DNA from: an uncultured Nitrospiraceae bacterium
GTDB lineage: Bacteria > Nitrospirota > Thermodesulfovibrionia > Thermodesulfovibrionales > Dissulfurispiraceae
Assembly: GCA_963705105.1 (NCBI GenBank)
Contig: CAVPIW010000006.1
Coordinates: forward strand, 672,001 to 736,000
Reading direction: 5' to 3'
Length of the DNA stretch: 64,000 bases
The notes under the pieces are model-generated. The model was not told the DNA's origin. It saw only the letters and a list, made by a program, of their open reading frames with translations, and did not search any database. Numbering within the stretch: position 1 is the first letter of the stretch; each line of letters starts with the position of its first letter. Of this stretch, positions 1 through 10,752 are shown one piece after another. Both the position numbers and the translations under genes were made by a program.

Positions 1-1582
1 CTCCCAGTCGTCCGACCAGACCCGTCACCTCTGAGAGGTATTGGCGCGGAACGATCTTCTCCATATCGTCGGCTACAGGAAAGGGTAGGTTCACCGTGGG
101 AAGCGGCTCGGCGCGGAACGAAATCTCGATCTTCGCAGACCTCCTGCGTATATGGCCGGGCAGTGGCGATTTTTCGAGATCCACTTTCGCGACGCCATAA
201 CCTTCGAGCAGTTGGTAGATAGGTCCTTCGTATCGGTACACTCCCTTTTTCACGTCCAGGTGCAGGGCCTCGATGACGCGCTCTGTCAGAACGAATCTGT
301 CCCAGCATCCATCGCCTCTCTGGATGACGAGGGCAATGTCCCAGAAGATCTCACCGTCTCCCCAGGGAAAATCTTTGTCGTGAACACCGGAAAAGAAGAA
401 GAAGTCGTGATGACGCCCTTCCTTCGAGAGCACCCTTCCTCTTAAAACGAGGTTTTCATACTGCGTGTTGTAGAGGAGGCCGGGAAGATACTCCCCCGAG
501 ACTTTTTCGTAGCAGAACTTGACAAAGGCGGAGATGGTGCGGAGTTTCGTGATGGGCGAAAGGGTGTTCGTCACCTCGAACGAAGCGAGAAGGGACGGGA
601 AGTCGAGCATCCGAAATATGAGAACGCCCGATCCGACCGGAGTCCCATCGGTCCCTCTCCCCCTGTAGATCCGGGTGAATAACCGCGTCATGTCATCCAT
701 CACATCGATCCCCGGATCATCGTGAATGACCTTGTAGCCGTAGAGGAAGTAGTCGGCGCCGCTGTTGTCCGCGAACCCGAAGGAGTATGTCATCTGCCTG
801 ATGCCGTGTGCCGCCTCAGGCCTGAACAAAGTGAATACCCCCTCTGTTTGTGAAAGTAAAAGAAAGAAAAAAGGAAAATAAAGAAAAGTGAAATGGAAAA
901 GTAAGAGAAAAAGGAAGAAAAAAAATGGTAGGAATGATAGATAAAAAGGTATATGAGAAGATAGGAAAAAAAAAAGAGAAAAGGAAGGGGAAGGATGGAG
1001 AGAGGATAGGGGTAGATAAATAGATGATAATAAGTAGAATCAGATGCTGGATGAGTTTGAGGTTGAATTTAAGGCTCTGTCGGCGGAAATACCGCGTTAT
1101 CGAGAGGAAGAAGAAGGAAGGGGAATAAAGGAAAAGAGAGAAGAAAAGGAGAAAGAGGAAAAGGAAAAAGGGAAAAAAAGGGAAAGGATAAAAGAAGAAA
1201 GAAGAAAGGAGAGATAAGAGAAAATGGAAAAGGAGGGAGATGATAGGCTAGAGAAGATCAGGTACGATCAACTGCTTCGCTGCTGGCTGCGCAAGAGCCG
1301 AGCTGTCGCGGAAATCGTTTTCAGTTTGAGGGACAAGGGCAGGCTTTGCCCCAGCGGTGCATAGGAGACGGTGCCGGTAATCTTCGCTTTCTGGCCAGAC
1401 AGTTTGATGAAATCGGAGACGCACTCGACCTCGATCTTCACGTCAAAAGAGAGCGTGTTGCCTTGCTCCCGCCCCTTTCTTTCACCCTCTTCAAAGTCCT
1501 CCACCCCTTCGGCCAGATAGCCCGACATCGTCTCTGAGAACCGAAGGCCGACCTTTTTCCCCTTTCCCTCTTCATTGGGCAT
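1..1582 (-). CDS. Uncharacterised protein with an LRFSETMSG...YKVIHDD beta-domain resembling those fused to cholesterol-oxidase/GMC-like proteins; interrupted by a ~486 bp insert (848-1333); runs off the window
   Basis: ORF 1268..1582 reads to ...YAPLGQSLPL. Protein-like sequence resumes at 847 (TEGVFTLFRP...YFLYGYKVIHDDPGIDVMDDMTRLFTRIY...) and continues to base 1. Confidence 0.5.
848..1333. other. Low-complexity purine-rich, nearly C-free insert; probable sequencing or assembly artefact
   Basis: A/G runs with no periodicity that split an otherwise continuous reading frame. Confidence 0.6.
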
Positions 1583-1608
1583 GAAACACTCTCCTTCCCA
1601 TCCTGGTT

Positions 1609-1805
1609 ACCCTCATTGTTGCAATACACCCCCGGGAAAGGCGGGGCGTATGCGCCGAAAACCTTGCTGCGGCGACACCTGTATCAAAACGAGAGATGAA
1701 CTATACGCCAATGTCTGAAAAAGGAGCCTTTTTGCTGACACTTACACTGCCACTGACACTGTTCTTCAGAGCGCTTCATCACGCCTTTCTATGCAACTGA
1801 TAGGT
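1609..1805 (+). mobile_element. MITE-like modular inverted-repeat element, copy 1
   Basis: Left end ACCCTCATTGTTGCAATACACCCCCGGGAAAGGCGGGG; right end CGCCTTTCTATGCAACTGATAGGT; near-identical to 16540-16736. Confidence 0.85.
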
Positions 1806-2884
1806 TACCCCCGTGGCAGACGAAGCACGCTCTCAGCGTTCTCAAGAATGGAATCCGAAAAACCATGAGCCCGTTTGATCATGACGTCCCTGTCAAGGAG
1901 GTTCTTGGTGTTTTTTATCCGTTCGTACTCTTCCCACGATATGTCATGGGTAAACACCGGAAGATGTACCCATCCTTCAATGGGAATGGGAAAGTCTGAA
2001 CCGTGGACGAGCCACTCGGGAGGAAACGTCTCGATGATCTCTTCCAGAATGGGAATCCGCGTCAGCAGAGAAAAGGCGGAGGTATCTCCCCAGAGCTGAA
2101 TCCTGCCGCCCGAGTTAGCGTTATTCATAAAAGCGCCGAATTCCTTCGTCTCATTTTTGTCGATCGGAAACACGGGAGTGGCACAGTGGGCGGCGATCAC
2201 CGTGACGCCGCACTCCAGGGGTGCCTCGAGGAACCTGAAATTGTCCCGCTGCTGTTCCCTGATCCCTTCCGGAAAGGAATACTCGGGTCCGACATGGCAG
2301 AGCAAAGGCATGCGGTTCCTGGCCAGAGATTCGTAATACTCTTTGTGTCTGGGGTCCCGAAGATCGAGGTGCTGCACAGAGGGGATCAGTTTCATGAGCA
2401 CCGCATTCGGATCGCTGAGGACAAACTCCATCTCCTCTGCCCAGTCTTTTCGATTGGGGCTCACCGATGCCGCCCAGTAGAATCTCTTCTCTCTTTTCCT
2501 GGGGTCATCTTCCCTCATCAGCAGGTCATTCAGTTCTTTTACCTTCCTGGACAGAAACCTGTTCGAAACCCAGAGGTCGGTCCTTTTCTTGTCGAGCCTG
2601 CCCGACTTCGGATGGTAGATGGCATCCAGCCCGAGTAACACCATACCGTCGATCTCTTTGGAGTTGGCCAGATGCGAATATATGAGGCTCAGATACTCGT
2701 TCGTATCGACTGTTCCGCTTTCGTCAAAGTCTGCACCGGCTTCTCCGAGGTACTTCTCCACGAGCCTGTAGAGAACTCCCGTGAATAGCGTATTGTTGTC
2801 TTCCGGGTAGAAGAACACGTTTTCGTCGACTTGATTGATGTCCCTCCCTCTCCCCACCACATGTACATGCATGTCGATCTTCAT
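1805..2884 (-). CDS. Amidohydrolase_2 family metal-dependent hydrolase
   Basis: IDMHVH, LCHVG, AAHC and HGSDFP metal-binding motifs; 359 aa. Confidence 0.85.
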   Translation of the reverse strand: MKIDMHVHVVGRGRDINQVDENVFFYPEDNNTLFTGVLYRLVEKYLGEAGADFDESGTVDTNEYLSLIYSHLANSKEIDGMVLLGLDAIYHPKSGRLDKKRTDLWVSNRFLSRKVKELNDLLMREDDPRKREKRFYWAASVSPNRKDWAEEMEFVLSDPNAVLMKLIPSVQHLDLRDPRHKEYYESLARNRMPLLCHVGPEYSFPEGIREQQRDNFRFLEAPLECGVTVIAAHCATPVFPIDKNETKEFGAFMNNANSGGRIQLWGDTSAFSLLTRIPILEEIIETFPPEWLVHGSDFPIPIEGWVHLPVFTHDISWEEYERIKNTKNLLDRDVMIKRAHGFSDSILENAESVLRLPRG

Positions 2885-3244
2885 AGAACACCTCGCTTTC
2901 TTAGCGGTGAAGGCCTGCCGTCATTCATTGCATCTGCAACGAGCTTCATGTTGATGTTTTGCAACAGATCACGGATTGCGCTCGACCGGATATCCTTCTT
3001 CGTAAAGGGCGGAGGCGGACCCATGAAACCGGCAAAGACGGAGCGGCCGTTCTCTTTTTCGTTCAGCGCCTCCTGCATCTAGTCCGCCGAGTATCCGGCT
3101 GCAAGCAGCGTTGCCGTAATAGCTCCGGCTGACGACCCGAGGATTCTTTCAAAGGCATGCCCCCGCCTCGTGAATTCCGAACAGGCCCCAACAAAAACCA
3201 TCCCCCTTCGCTCCACCGCCTTCAAAGACGAGATCATATTTCAT
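2881..3244 (-). pseudogene. Patatin-like phospholipase N-terminal remnant (copy A)
   Basis: MKYDLVFEGGGAKG and ILGSSAGA (GxSxG); +1 frameshift in a G run after the Gly loop; in-frame TAG at 3079-3081; truncated. Confidence 0.8.
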
Positions 3245-3421
3245 GCTCGCACGCTCCCTTGGCAAGTCGTTGTTACACCACTACTGACTCACCCATCTGC
3301 GACGAGCGCATCGTCGGCCGCTGAGGTAGTCAGGATCAACGCGCCATCCCGCAGTTGAGGCAAATCCGGCATCAACCGACCACACAGTCGCATCAGCAAT
3401 TTGGACGTTCCTGTTGCGTAT

Positions 3422-3718
3422 CTATTCTGCACCCCACCAACTGTCTACATCTTGGACGGCCTCGTACACGTGCCGTAATGTAAGACCCTGATCTATGATC
3501 GCCAGCGCGCGCGCCCCAGTTTCCAGCACATAAAACAAGCCCTCGCGTCCAGCCAGTCGGCTTGTCCAGAAGCCATTGCGCAAGACCTGCAGGGCCTTCG
3601 TGTCTTGCCCTATCTGAGCCATGGCCTGTGCCACAGCGCTTAAGGCAGACGCTTTTGACCACTCATACGAAATCGTCTGGGCCATCATCTCCTCGATGAT
3701 GTCTGGCAGGAACTTCAT
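3422..3718 (-). pseudogene. C-terminal remnant of a TPR-like helical repeat protein
   Basis: KASALSAVAQAMAQIG resembles the helical repeats at the C-termini of STAND-TPR proteins; the N-terminal part is absent. Confidence 0.45.
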
Positions 3719-3763
3719 GTTGACATGCGCAGCAGGTCGCGGGTTGCGCTGTTCTTGATTTCC

Positions 3764-4007
3764 TCATCCGTAAAGGGGCGGACCCATGAACTCGTCAAAG
3801 ACGGACCTGCCGTTCTCCTGCTCGTTCAACGCCGCCTCCATCTCTTCCGCCGAGTATCCGGCGGCAAGCAGCGTCGCCGTAAGAGCACCGGCTGATGTCC
3901 CGAGGATTCGTCGGAAGGTATGGCCCCGCATCGTGAATTCCGAACAGGCTCCGAAAATAACCGATCCCCTTCGCCGCGCCACCTTCAAAGACAAGATCGT
4001 ATTTCAT
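3764..4007 (-). pseudogene. Patatin-like phospholipase N-terminal remnant (copy B)
   Basis: MKYDLVFEGGAAKG, then a frameshift, then ILGTSAGALTATLLAAGYS; paralogous to 2881-3244; truncated after FMGPP. Confidence 0.8.
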
Positions 4008-4249
4008 GCTCTGCTCCTCTATCTCGAGAAGGCAGCCTTCCCTTGAGCTTTTTGTTTCTTTACCAACAATTGATGGGTCCCCGATGGACGAGATTGATTT
4101 GAAGACAGAACAGCGTCAGTTGGAAACCACCTTCCTGACCAACAATCCATCCATTCCGTTTGACATCTTTATACCCTATGTGATGCTCCTATACAACAAT
4201 CATTGAGTCAACCGCCCATAAAGATTTACTGCCTTTTGTTGACATTTAT

Positions 4250-7200
4250 CTATTGCTTAGTATGGCACTTCGTGCCAATTAACTTCTTGGCTGAGTCATA
4301 CTTTGCCGTCCAGCGATTGCAATACTGATAGTCAGGGGAGAGGCCTAATACTGGCTCTTCGTTGATGCCCAGATATCTTTCTTCGATCTTGTTTCCAGCC
4401 GGGTCATACGCAAACTTCGTAATGTGTTGGTATCTGCCAAGAAGTCTTGCAGGCTTACCATCTGTTCCAAAATATCTTTTCTCGATAACTCGCCGCTGGC
4501 TGTCATACTTCTGTGTCATTCGAGCATAACCGATTAACTTATCGTACAAAGCGTTATCGTCTCCATAGCAAGCACGCTCTACTTGATTGCCGGCGGAGTC
4601 GTATTTATAGGTCTGGACCGCACAGCTACTGTTCGGAAGTATCTTCGGTCTGCCATCGCCTCCAAAGTAAGCTTCCTCTACGAGATTGCCGCGAGCATCA
4701 TATTTCATACTCATACGCGCATACCCATACTTCGCTTCCGAGGGCTTACTTTTATCATCAAATGCAGAGATTTCCGTGAGGTTCCCTCGATCATCGTATT
4801 TCTTCAATAAGCGTGAGTATTTCGATGCATTCATCACCGGCTGCCCCTCATCGTCAAAGGTCATTTGTTCCACGAGTTGCCTTCGACTATTAAATTTTTG
4901 TGTACATCGATGATATCTGTTCCCTGTCATAATGGGTTTGTTGTCATCTATTCCAAAATAGGCTATCTCCGTCTGATTGCCGTAACCATCGTACTTGGCT
5001 CTGTAACTCGCAAAACCCCATTCATTATTTTCTCCCTGCCATGGAATAAGAACTGGCTTTCTCTCGGTATTCAGATAGACCTGATAGCTCACTTTGCCTT
5101 TAACATCATATTTCATACGAGTTTCTGCATATCCCAGTACGCCTTGTGTAAGTTTCCCATTCGTATCAAAATAGGATTCGCTTGTCATTTGTCCCAATGG
5201 GTCGTACGTCCGTACGATCTTGGCAAATCCTTCGTTGCTATTAGTCAGTTTTCTATTTACAGCATAGTAGGCTATCTCCCGTTCCTTGCCTTGGGTGTTC
5301 CTTTTGATTTCAACTGTTGCGTATCTTGTTCGCTTATTCATAACTACCTTACCATCTAGCCCTTTGTAGGTAACTTCTGTTTCGTTTCCAAGATGATCAT
5401 ACTTATATCCGATCTTGTGGTATCCATCGCGATGGACAATGGGGCCTTCAGGACCAAAATATGCCTTCTCTATTGGACATCCTTCCTCCTTTAAACATCC
5501 CCGTTCGTCGTAAAGCCTCACTTCCCTATGGAACCCTTCATCCTTGTAGAAAGCCGGTTTGTCTTTAGCATCGTAAAACAATTGTTCAGTAACCCTCCCA
5601 AACGGGTCATACTTCTTGACGAGAAGTGCGTAGCCCTCTTCAGAGGTAACACGACTGTCATCAATGCCATAATATGATATTTCGATGGCTTTGCCCTGGT
5701 CGTTATAGCGTCGTTCGACTGAGTGGTAACCACCTTTTATGAACACTTTCTCAACATAGACCCCAAAGTAGGCGCTCTTCTTCTTGTTTCCGCGTAAGTC
5801 ATACTCGTGAATCGCACGCGCCCATCCGTCCTTATGCAAGACAGGCTCCCCATTAATGCCGAAATATGCCTCCTCAATAGGCTGATTTTGCGGATTAAAC
5901 TCTTTCTTCCAATAAGAATACCCGCCAGCTCTTTCATCTTGCCAAGGAACAAATGCTGGCTTGCTGTTGATATCCAAATATCGCAGATCTATAACATTTC
6001 CATGAGCATCATACTTCCTAGTCCAGCCCGCGTAGCCCTTTCGGTGCGTTACCGGACTTCCGTCTAATCCGAAGTACTTTTGCTCTATCTCATTGCCAAG
6101 AGGGTCATATTCGGATGTGTACCCTGCCACTCCGTCGCTTGATAACGTTTGCTCACCCCTTAAGCCTGTGTATGTGCGTCGCCTTTCGTTTCCTCTCTCA
6201 TCATACTCTGATTTCCAACCAGCATAGCCGTCATGCCCACGCATCGGTTTATCCATGACATTCAAATACACAGTCTCAATCTGGTTCCCGCTCGCATCAT
6301 GTTTTGCGGTCCATCCTGTGTATCCCTCAGTGCTTACGATTCGTTTACCATCGGGACCATAATAGCGAACTCTTACGACGTTGCCATAGTTATCAAATTC
6401 CTGTTCCCATCGCGAATAACCCTTGTTAGAAGCAACGGGCTCTCCCTTGATTCCGAAGTAGGTCGCGCCGATCAATTGTCCATGAACATCATAGCCTCCT
6501 GTCACCTGCGCATATCCTTCCTTGATTAAAGTCCGTGCGCCATCAGCCCCAAAATAGGAACTGTCTTCGAGTTTCCCGGAATCATTGTAACGGTACGTCG
6601 CCCGGGCATAGCCGTCCTTAAACTGCGTTAGTCTCCCTGCAGTATCATAGTAGGATGTTTCCACTAGTTTCTTTAGCCTGACGTCATATTTGCCTTTCCA
6701 GACGGCATAGCCATCCTTATTCGCTGTGAGCTTTTGATCGAGGCCAAAGCAACTCAGTTGGATAGGAAGATTGTCTTCGTCATAAGCCAAAACCAGGCTG
6801 TAGCACCCCCTATCGCCCACCGTAGGCTTATCCTCCATATCCAAGTACATCTCTTTGATGATGTTTCCCTGACCATCTCGTTTCCACTTAACTTTATGAT
6901 AGCCTTTTACGTTGAGTGTTTTTTTCCCATTCTCGTCAAAGTAACCCTCCTCAGTCATATTACCATTGTCGTCATATTCACTTCGTATGACCGAATAACC
7001 GCTCTTTAATGTAACTTTCTCTCCTAATGCATCTAAAGCCTCTTGTTTACGCGGGTTCCCAAAACCAAAGGGATCCAGATCCGTTACCTTTATAGTTGCA
7101 TTGCCGGCCTCGTCGTTCATATATTCATCATTTGGCCCCAATGATGTCTGTTCGAGCAATATTCCTTTCTTGTTGTAGCGCCTTAATTGCCCAAAAGCTT

Positions 7201-9550
7201 TATCGGGCCCACGTATGGCCTGATTGCCTCGATTCCGGTAGCGTCTGTATTCTTCGATGCCTTTCCCGGTATCTCTATATTCAATTTCTACATAACTCTC
7301 AGCGTACTGCTTATCCTTGCGAGGATAACCAGTGTCGTCTACAAAATATCCGGTTCGGACTCTCTCCCGCCCGCCTTCGGGAGGTAAATAGACAAATCCC
7401 CATATTCGCTTCCCTTTGTTATCAAGTGCTGTTTCATAAGAAACACGTTCTTGGGCATCGTAATTGAACTCCCAGGCAACCTCATTGGGTATTCGCTCTT
7501 CCGATGATTCGAGATAAGTGCCGATACGATGAATGGGGGTTAATTTTCCCTTGCTATTGACTGTTTCCATGCGAAGAACGGGACCCCATTTGCCTTTTCT
7601 TATGATTTTGATCGAGACAGGACGATGCTGGACCTGTGCGAGCGTCAATTCACCGACTCCTCTCGGCTCGCCTAAGAAAGGGCGATGCTTGACTTTTGCA
7701 AGAATCAATTCGCCGAACCCCTTCGGCTCACTATGGACCTTAACAAAAGAGCTGAAGTATTCGACATAGTCCCAATGCGTCAGATAGCGATGCAGAAGAA
7801 TGCCTACAATCAGCATCAACACCGCTGTGCCGAAACCCACGGCAAGCCGACGCATCATCTTAAGCTTTTCACGTTGTTCGGCCTCACGCTGCAGTGCCGC
7901 TTCCTTCTCCCGCTGCGCGCGATCAAGAGCTTCGGTGCTTGCCTGAACAAACTCCTTCTCGAGACGCGTGAGGTCTGCCTGCTTTCTTGCCTCTTCCAGC
8001 TGCCATTCCCTAAACAGACCATCCCAGTCTTTGGATTTTCCTTTTGCCTCCCATTGATGCGCCGCCTGAGTAAGGGAGAGGCGATCACGAAGGATGCGGC
8101 GTTTATCATCGATCCACCCTGCTAAGAGCGGCCAGTTGCGGACCAGTGACTCGTGCTTGATCTCGACCACATCGTCGGCACCACTGACGCCGGGCGTGAT
8201 GCGCAAGTAGTCGTTCTTCTTAAGCAGTTCAAGCACTTCCTCCGTGTTCGCCTTGCCAGCCTGCAGCAAGCGGCTTTTGGGCAATGGCTGGCGATAAGCC
8301 TCGAGCATCTCATCGACGCGTACCAACTCGAGGAGTATACGCTTGATCTCTGTCTGGGTTTGCTCTATTTGTGCGAGGTAGAAGGTATCGGCGGCGTTCT
8401 TGAGTGCCTCCAGGGGATCGCCTACTGTTCTGTAAACCTCCCAGGTGATTCGGTTTCGTTTGCGTTTCTCCCAAAGTGCGTGCAAGGTGAATTGTAACAA
8501 CGGAAGCGCCGCGGGCTGGCCGAGCACCTTCTTCACTAGGTCGTCTACAATTCCTGATTGGAACTGTAAGTTTACAAGGGCAGCAGGCTTCTCTACCGCC
8601 GCCGTTAATTCCTCATAACTCATTGGCCGCATCCAGTACCTTGAGGGGCTCAGTTCACGCAACTCATTGATCTTACTATCGAACTCAGCACGCACGGTCA
8701 GAATCACACGGTGGCCCCGAGCGGCATCCAATAGATGAGCGAGGTTTCTTACCAGTGCCTCACGGTCTGCGGGGTCGGACAGCGTGAACACTTCCTCGAA
8801 CTGGTCGATAGTGATCAGTGCAGTCACCGCGTTTTCTTCGCCAAGCATGGCATAAAGATATTTGGGATCCTGCCGAAGGCGTGTCACCTCCTCTGCGACG
8901 ATGCTGTTCGCGGCTGGGTGGGCTTGTCGAACAGCATTTACTAGGTTGTCGAGTACGGAATTACCCGGAACAAATGGCGGAATGACGAACAACTCAGGCA
9001 TCGCGCCTTTCTCCTTGAGCGCCGGCAGAATGCCCCCCATCACAAGGGAAGACTTCCCGCTACCAGACGCGCCAAGCACGACAACAAGCGGCTCTTGACG
9101 AAGTTTCGTCAGCAGCTCCTTTATGTCATCCTCTCGGCCGAAGAAGTTCGCCCGGTCGCGAAAGGCATCGAGGCCGACATAGGGACATAGCTTGTCCTTC
9201 AGGTCCGGCAGTTTCTCGCTGTCGAAGGGGGCCAGGTTTGCAGGCGGTACCACGATCCCCGCCCTAAACAGGCAGGAGACCCAATAGTCCAAAAGCACCT
9301 GGCAATCAGAGCGCTGAAGGATCTCTTCGATATAGACCCCTGTCGCTGCCCCACGTTCCAAGAATTGCCTGAGCTTTGGTTCAAGCCTCGCCAATGCGAC
9401 TGCTTCGCTCTTATCGGCTGCGTCTTTCTTAAGCTCAATACTCAAAGCTTTCATGAAGGCGGCGTGCTCATCCTGCAGCTCGGTCGCACTCTCGAAGGGC
9501 TCCACTCGGCGAAACTGGTCCGGATTTGACATATCTTCCCTTTCTAACAT
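4250..9550 (-). CDS. Membrane-anchored nSTAND1 (NLR-like) NTPase: N-terminal helical domain, STAND, coiled coil, TM helix, YD-like 32-aa repeat ectodomain
   Basis: CPYVGLDAF, FFGRE, Walker A GASGSGKSS, Walker B ITIDQFEE, LPLLQFTL, IKHESLVRNW; TM LAVGFGTAVLMLIVGILL; repeats of YDxxGNxxExxYxGxxGxP...GY. The true start may be 9532. Confidence 0.85.
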   Translation of the reverse strand: MLEREDMSNPDQFRRVEPFESATELQDEHAAFMKALSIELKKDAADKSEAVALARLEPKLRQFLERGAATGVYIEEILQRSDCQVLLDYWVSCLFRAGIVVPPANLAPFDSEKLPDLKDKLCPYVGLDAFRDRANFFGREDDIKELLTKLRQEPLVVVLGASGSGKSSLVMGGILPALKEKGAMPELFVIPPFVPGNSVLDNLVNAVRQAHPAANSIVAEEVTRLRQDPKYLYAMLGEENAVTALITIDQFEEVFTLSDPADREALVRNLAHLLDAARGHRVILTVRAEFDSKINELRELSPSRYWMRPMSYEELTAAVEKPAALVNLQFQSGIVDDLVKKVLGQPAALPLLQFTLHALWEKRKRNRITWEVYRTVGDPLEALKNAADTFYLAQIEQTQTEIKRILLELVRVDEMLEAYRQPLPKSRLLQAGKANTEEVLELLKKNDYLRITPGVSGADDVVEIKHESLVRNWPLLAGWIDDKRRILRDRLSLTQAAHQWEAKGKSKDWDGLFREWQLEEARKQADLTRLEKEFVQASTEALDRAQREKEAALQREAEQREKLKMMRRLAVGFGTAVLMLIVGILLHRYLTHWDYVEYFSSFVKVHSEPKGFGELILAKVKHRPFLGEPRGVGELTLAQVQHRPVSIKIIRKGKWGPVLRMETVNSKGKLTPIHRIGTYLESSEERIPNEVAWEFNYDAQERVSYETALDNKGKRIWGFVYLPPEGGRERVRTGYFVDDTGYPRKDKQYAESYVEIEYRDTGKGIEEYRRYRNRGNQAIRGPDKAFGQLRRYNKKGILLEQTSLGPNDEYMNDEAGNATIKVTDLDPFGFGNPRKQEALDALGEKVTLKSGYSVIRSEYDDNGNMTEEGYFDENGKKTLNVKGYHKVKWKRDGQGNIIKEMYLDMEDKPTVGDRGCYSLVLAYDEDNLPIQLSCFGLDQKLTANKDGYAVWKGKYDVRLKKLVETSYYDTAGRLTQFKDGYARATYRYNDSGKLEDSSYFGADGARTLIKEGYAQVTGGYDVHGQLIGATYFGIKGEPVASNKGYSRWEQEFDNYGNVVRVRYYGPDGKRIVSTEGYTGWTAKHDASGNQIETVYLNVMDKPMRGHDGYAGWKSEYDERGNERRRTYTGLRGEQTLSSDGVAGYTSEYDPLGNEIEQKYFGLDGSPVTHRKGYAGWTRKYDAHGNVIDLRYLDINSKPAFVPWQDERAGGYSYWKKEFNPQNQPIEEAYFGINGEPVLHKDGWARAIHEYDLRGNKKKSAYFGVYVEKVFIKGGYHSVERRYNDQGKAIEISYYGIDDSRVTSEEGYALLVKKYDPFGRVTEQLFYDAKDKPAFYKDEGFHREVRLYDERGCLKEEGCPIEKAYFGPEGPIVHRDGYHKIGYKYDHLGNETEVTYKGLDGKVVMNKRTRYATVEIKRNTQGKEREIAYYAVNRKLTNSNEGFAKIVRTYDPLGQMTSESYFDTNGKLTQGVLGYAETRMKYDVKGKVSYQVYLNTERKPVLIPWQGENNEWGFASYRAKYDGYGNQTEIAYFGIDDNKPIMTGNRYHRCTQKFNSRRQLVEQMTFDDEGQPVMNASKYSRLLKKYDDRGNLTEISAFDDKSKPSEAKYGYARMSMKYDARGNLVEEAYFGGDGRPKILPNSSCAVQTYKYDSAGNQVERACYGDDNALYDKLIGYARMTQKYDSQRRVIEKRYFGTDGKPARLLGRYQHITKFAYDPAGNKIEERYLGINEEPVLGLSPDYQYCNRWTAKYDSAKKLIGTKCHTKQ

Positions 9551-10668
9551 ACTCGCAAGAGAGTCTGTAACGGTTGGTTTAGTTCACTCAGCCGGTTGCA
9601 AAAATCCTTAAGTCTTCTGTCGGCTTCCCGGAACGCGGTACCCACAAACTGCGAGTAGTTCATGAGTAAGATCCTCGCCTGCTTCTTGTCATTATGATCT
9701 AGTGCTTCATCGATAACGATTTCCATCTGACTCAGCTTTTCCTTAAGATTGTCCATGTCTTTGTCTATGAAGGGTGGTATGAGCTCTGAAGCTGCCGTCT
9801 TGGTCAATTCCCACTCACAATCCAGCCCCCCCGGTGAGAGTTTATTTGCAAGCAGGGCGCGCAACCCATCATCTAGCCTCTGTAGTTGGCCATGCTCCCT
9901 GACTCGTCTCTCAAGATCTGCTCGCAACCCGTTCAGTGCATTTATGCTCTGAACAAACTGCACAAGTAAGACATCGTTCTCAGGATGCTCCACGGACAGA
10001 GTTTCCTTTACCGACTCTAATAGCTCCACAAGACGATTCAGCTTCAGCTCCTTTGCAGCGTTAGATATCATAGAATCGAGCCTCGGTGGAATTCTGGAAC
10101 GCAGCTGTTCGAGCCCAGTCTTCACCTTGTCTAAGATAGCAGTATTTTCGGGTGCATTCACAGCCTCTTGGAAGTCCGCTTCAATTAAATCGAGTCGCTT
10201 ACCAAGATCTGGAAAGGGGTCGGTCTCACGTCCCCTGATTGCCTCCTTGATCTGATGAGATTGTTGATCAAATTGAAATTGAAGCGGATCCAGCCAAATT
10301 CTGGTCCTCCTAAGTGCCTGCATTTGGCGAAGGATTTCGAATTCAATAGTATGCAAGGAATCATGAATGGTCTTCAAAAGTTGCATCTCACTGATTCGCT
10401 GTGCAGTATCCCGCATTTCTTGGGAGAGGGTTACCCCGTTGCATGCCGTTGGATCATTGGAAATCCGGTCTGTGAGCTGTTTGAGGCCTATCTTTACAGA
10501 GTCAAGTAAACCCGGAAAGTTGATAACTATCTTGTCGCCTCTCACCTCATCCCCATGGACGAGTTTGTCACGTCCTACAGAATCGCCGCCGACGCTGACA
10601 TTGTCCTTGAAGTACGCGCCACCGGCCTTTTGATCAGCCCCTGATTCCTTTCCGTCTTCAGTCGTCAT
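9544..10668 (-). CDS. Putative adaptor: N-terminal amyloid-like motif plus an all-alpha helical domain
   Basis: N-terminal GGAYFKDNVSVGGDSVGRDKLVHGDEVRGDKI is shared with the upstream caspase; the rest is Leu/Glu-rich and helical; its stop abuts the STAND start. Confidence 0.65.
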   Translation of the reverse strand: MTTEDGKESGADQKAGGAYFKDNVSVGGDSVGRDKLVHGDEVRGDKIVINFPGLLDSVKIGLKQLTDRISNDPTACNGVTLSQEMRDTAQRISEMQLLKTIHDSLHTIEFEILRQMQALRRTRIWLDPLQFQFDQQSHQIKEAIRGRETDPFPDLGKRLDLIEADFQEAVNAPENTAILDKVKTGLEQLRSRIPPRLDSMISNAAKELKLNRLVELLESVKETLSVEHPENDVLLVQFVQSINALNGLRADLERRVREHGQLQRLDDGLRALLANKLSPGGLDCEWELTKTAASELIPPFIDKDMDNLKEKLSQMEIVIDEALDHNDKKQARILLMNYSQFVGTAFREADRRLKDFCNRLSELNQPLQTLLRVC

Positions 10669-10752
10669 GGCAAACCTTACAAACCCTAAATAACCTCAAC
10701 TTGAGTCGTCAACGATCTCGACGATATATACACATACTTGGAACGTTTGAAC

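Noticed and set aside
4250..7500. RHS/YD polymorphic toxin
   Set aside because: No RHS core (PxxxxDPxG) or toxin tip; the repeats are fused behind a STAND domain and TM helix.
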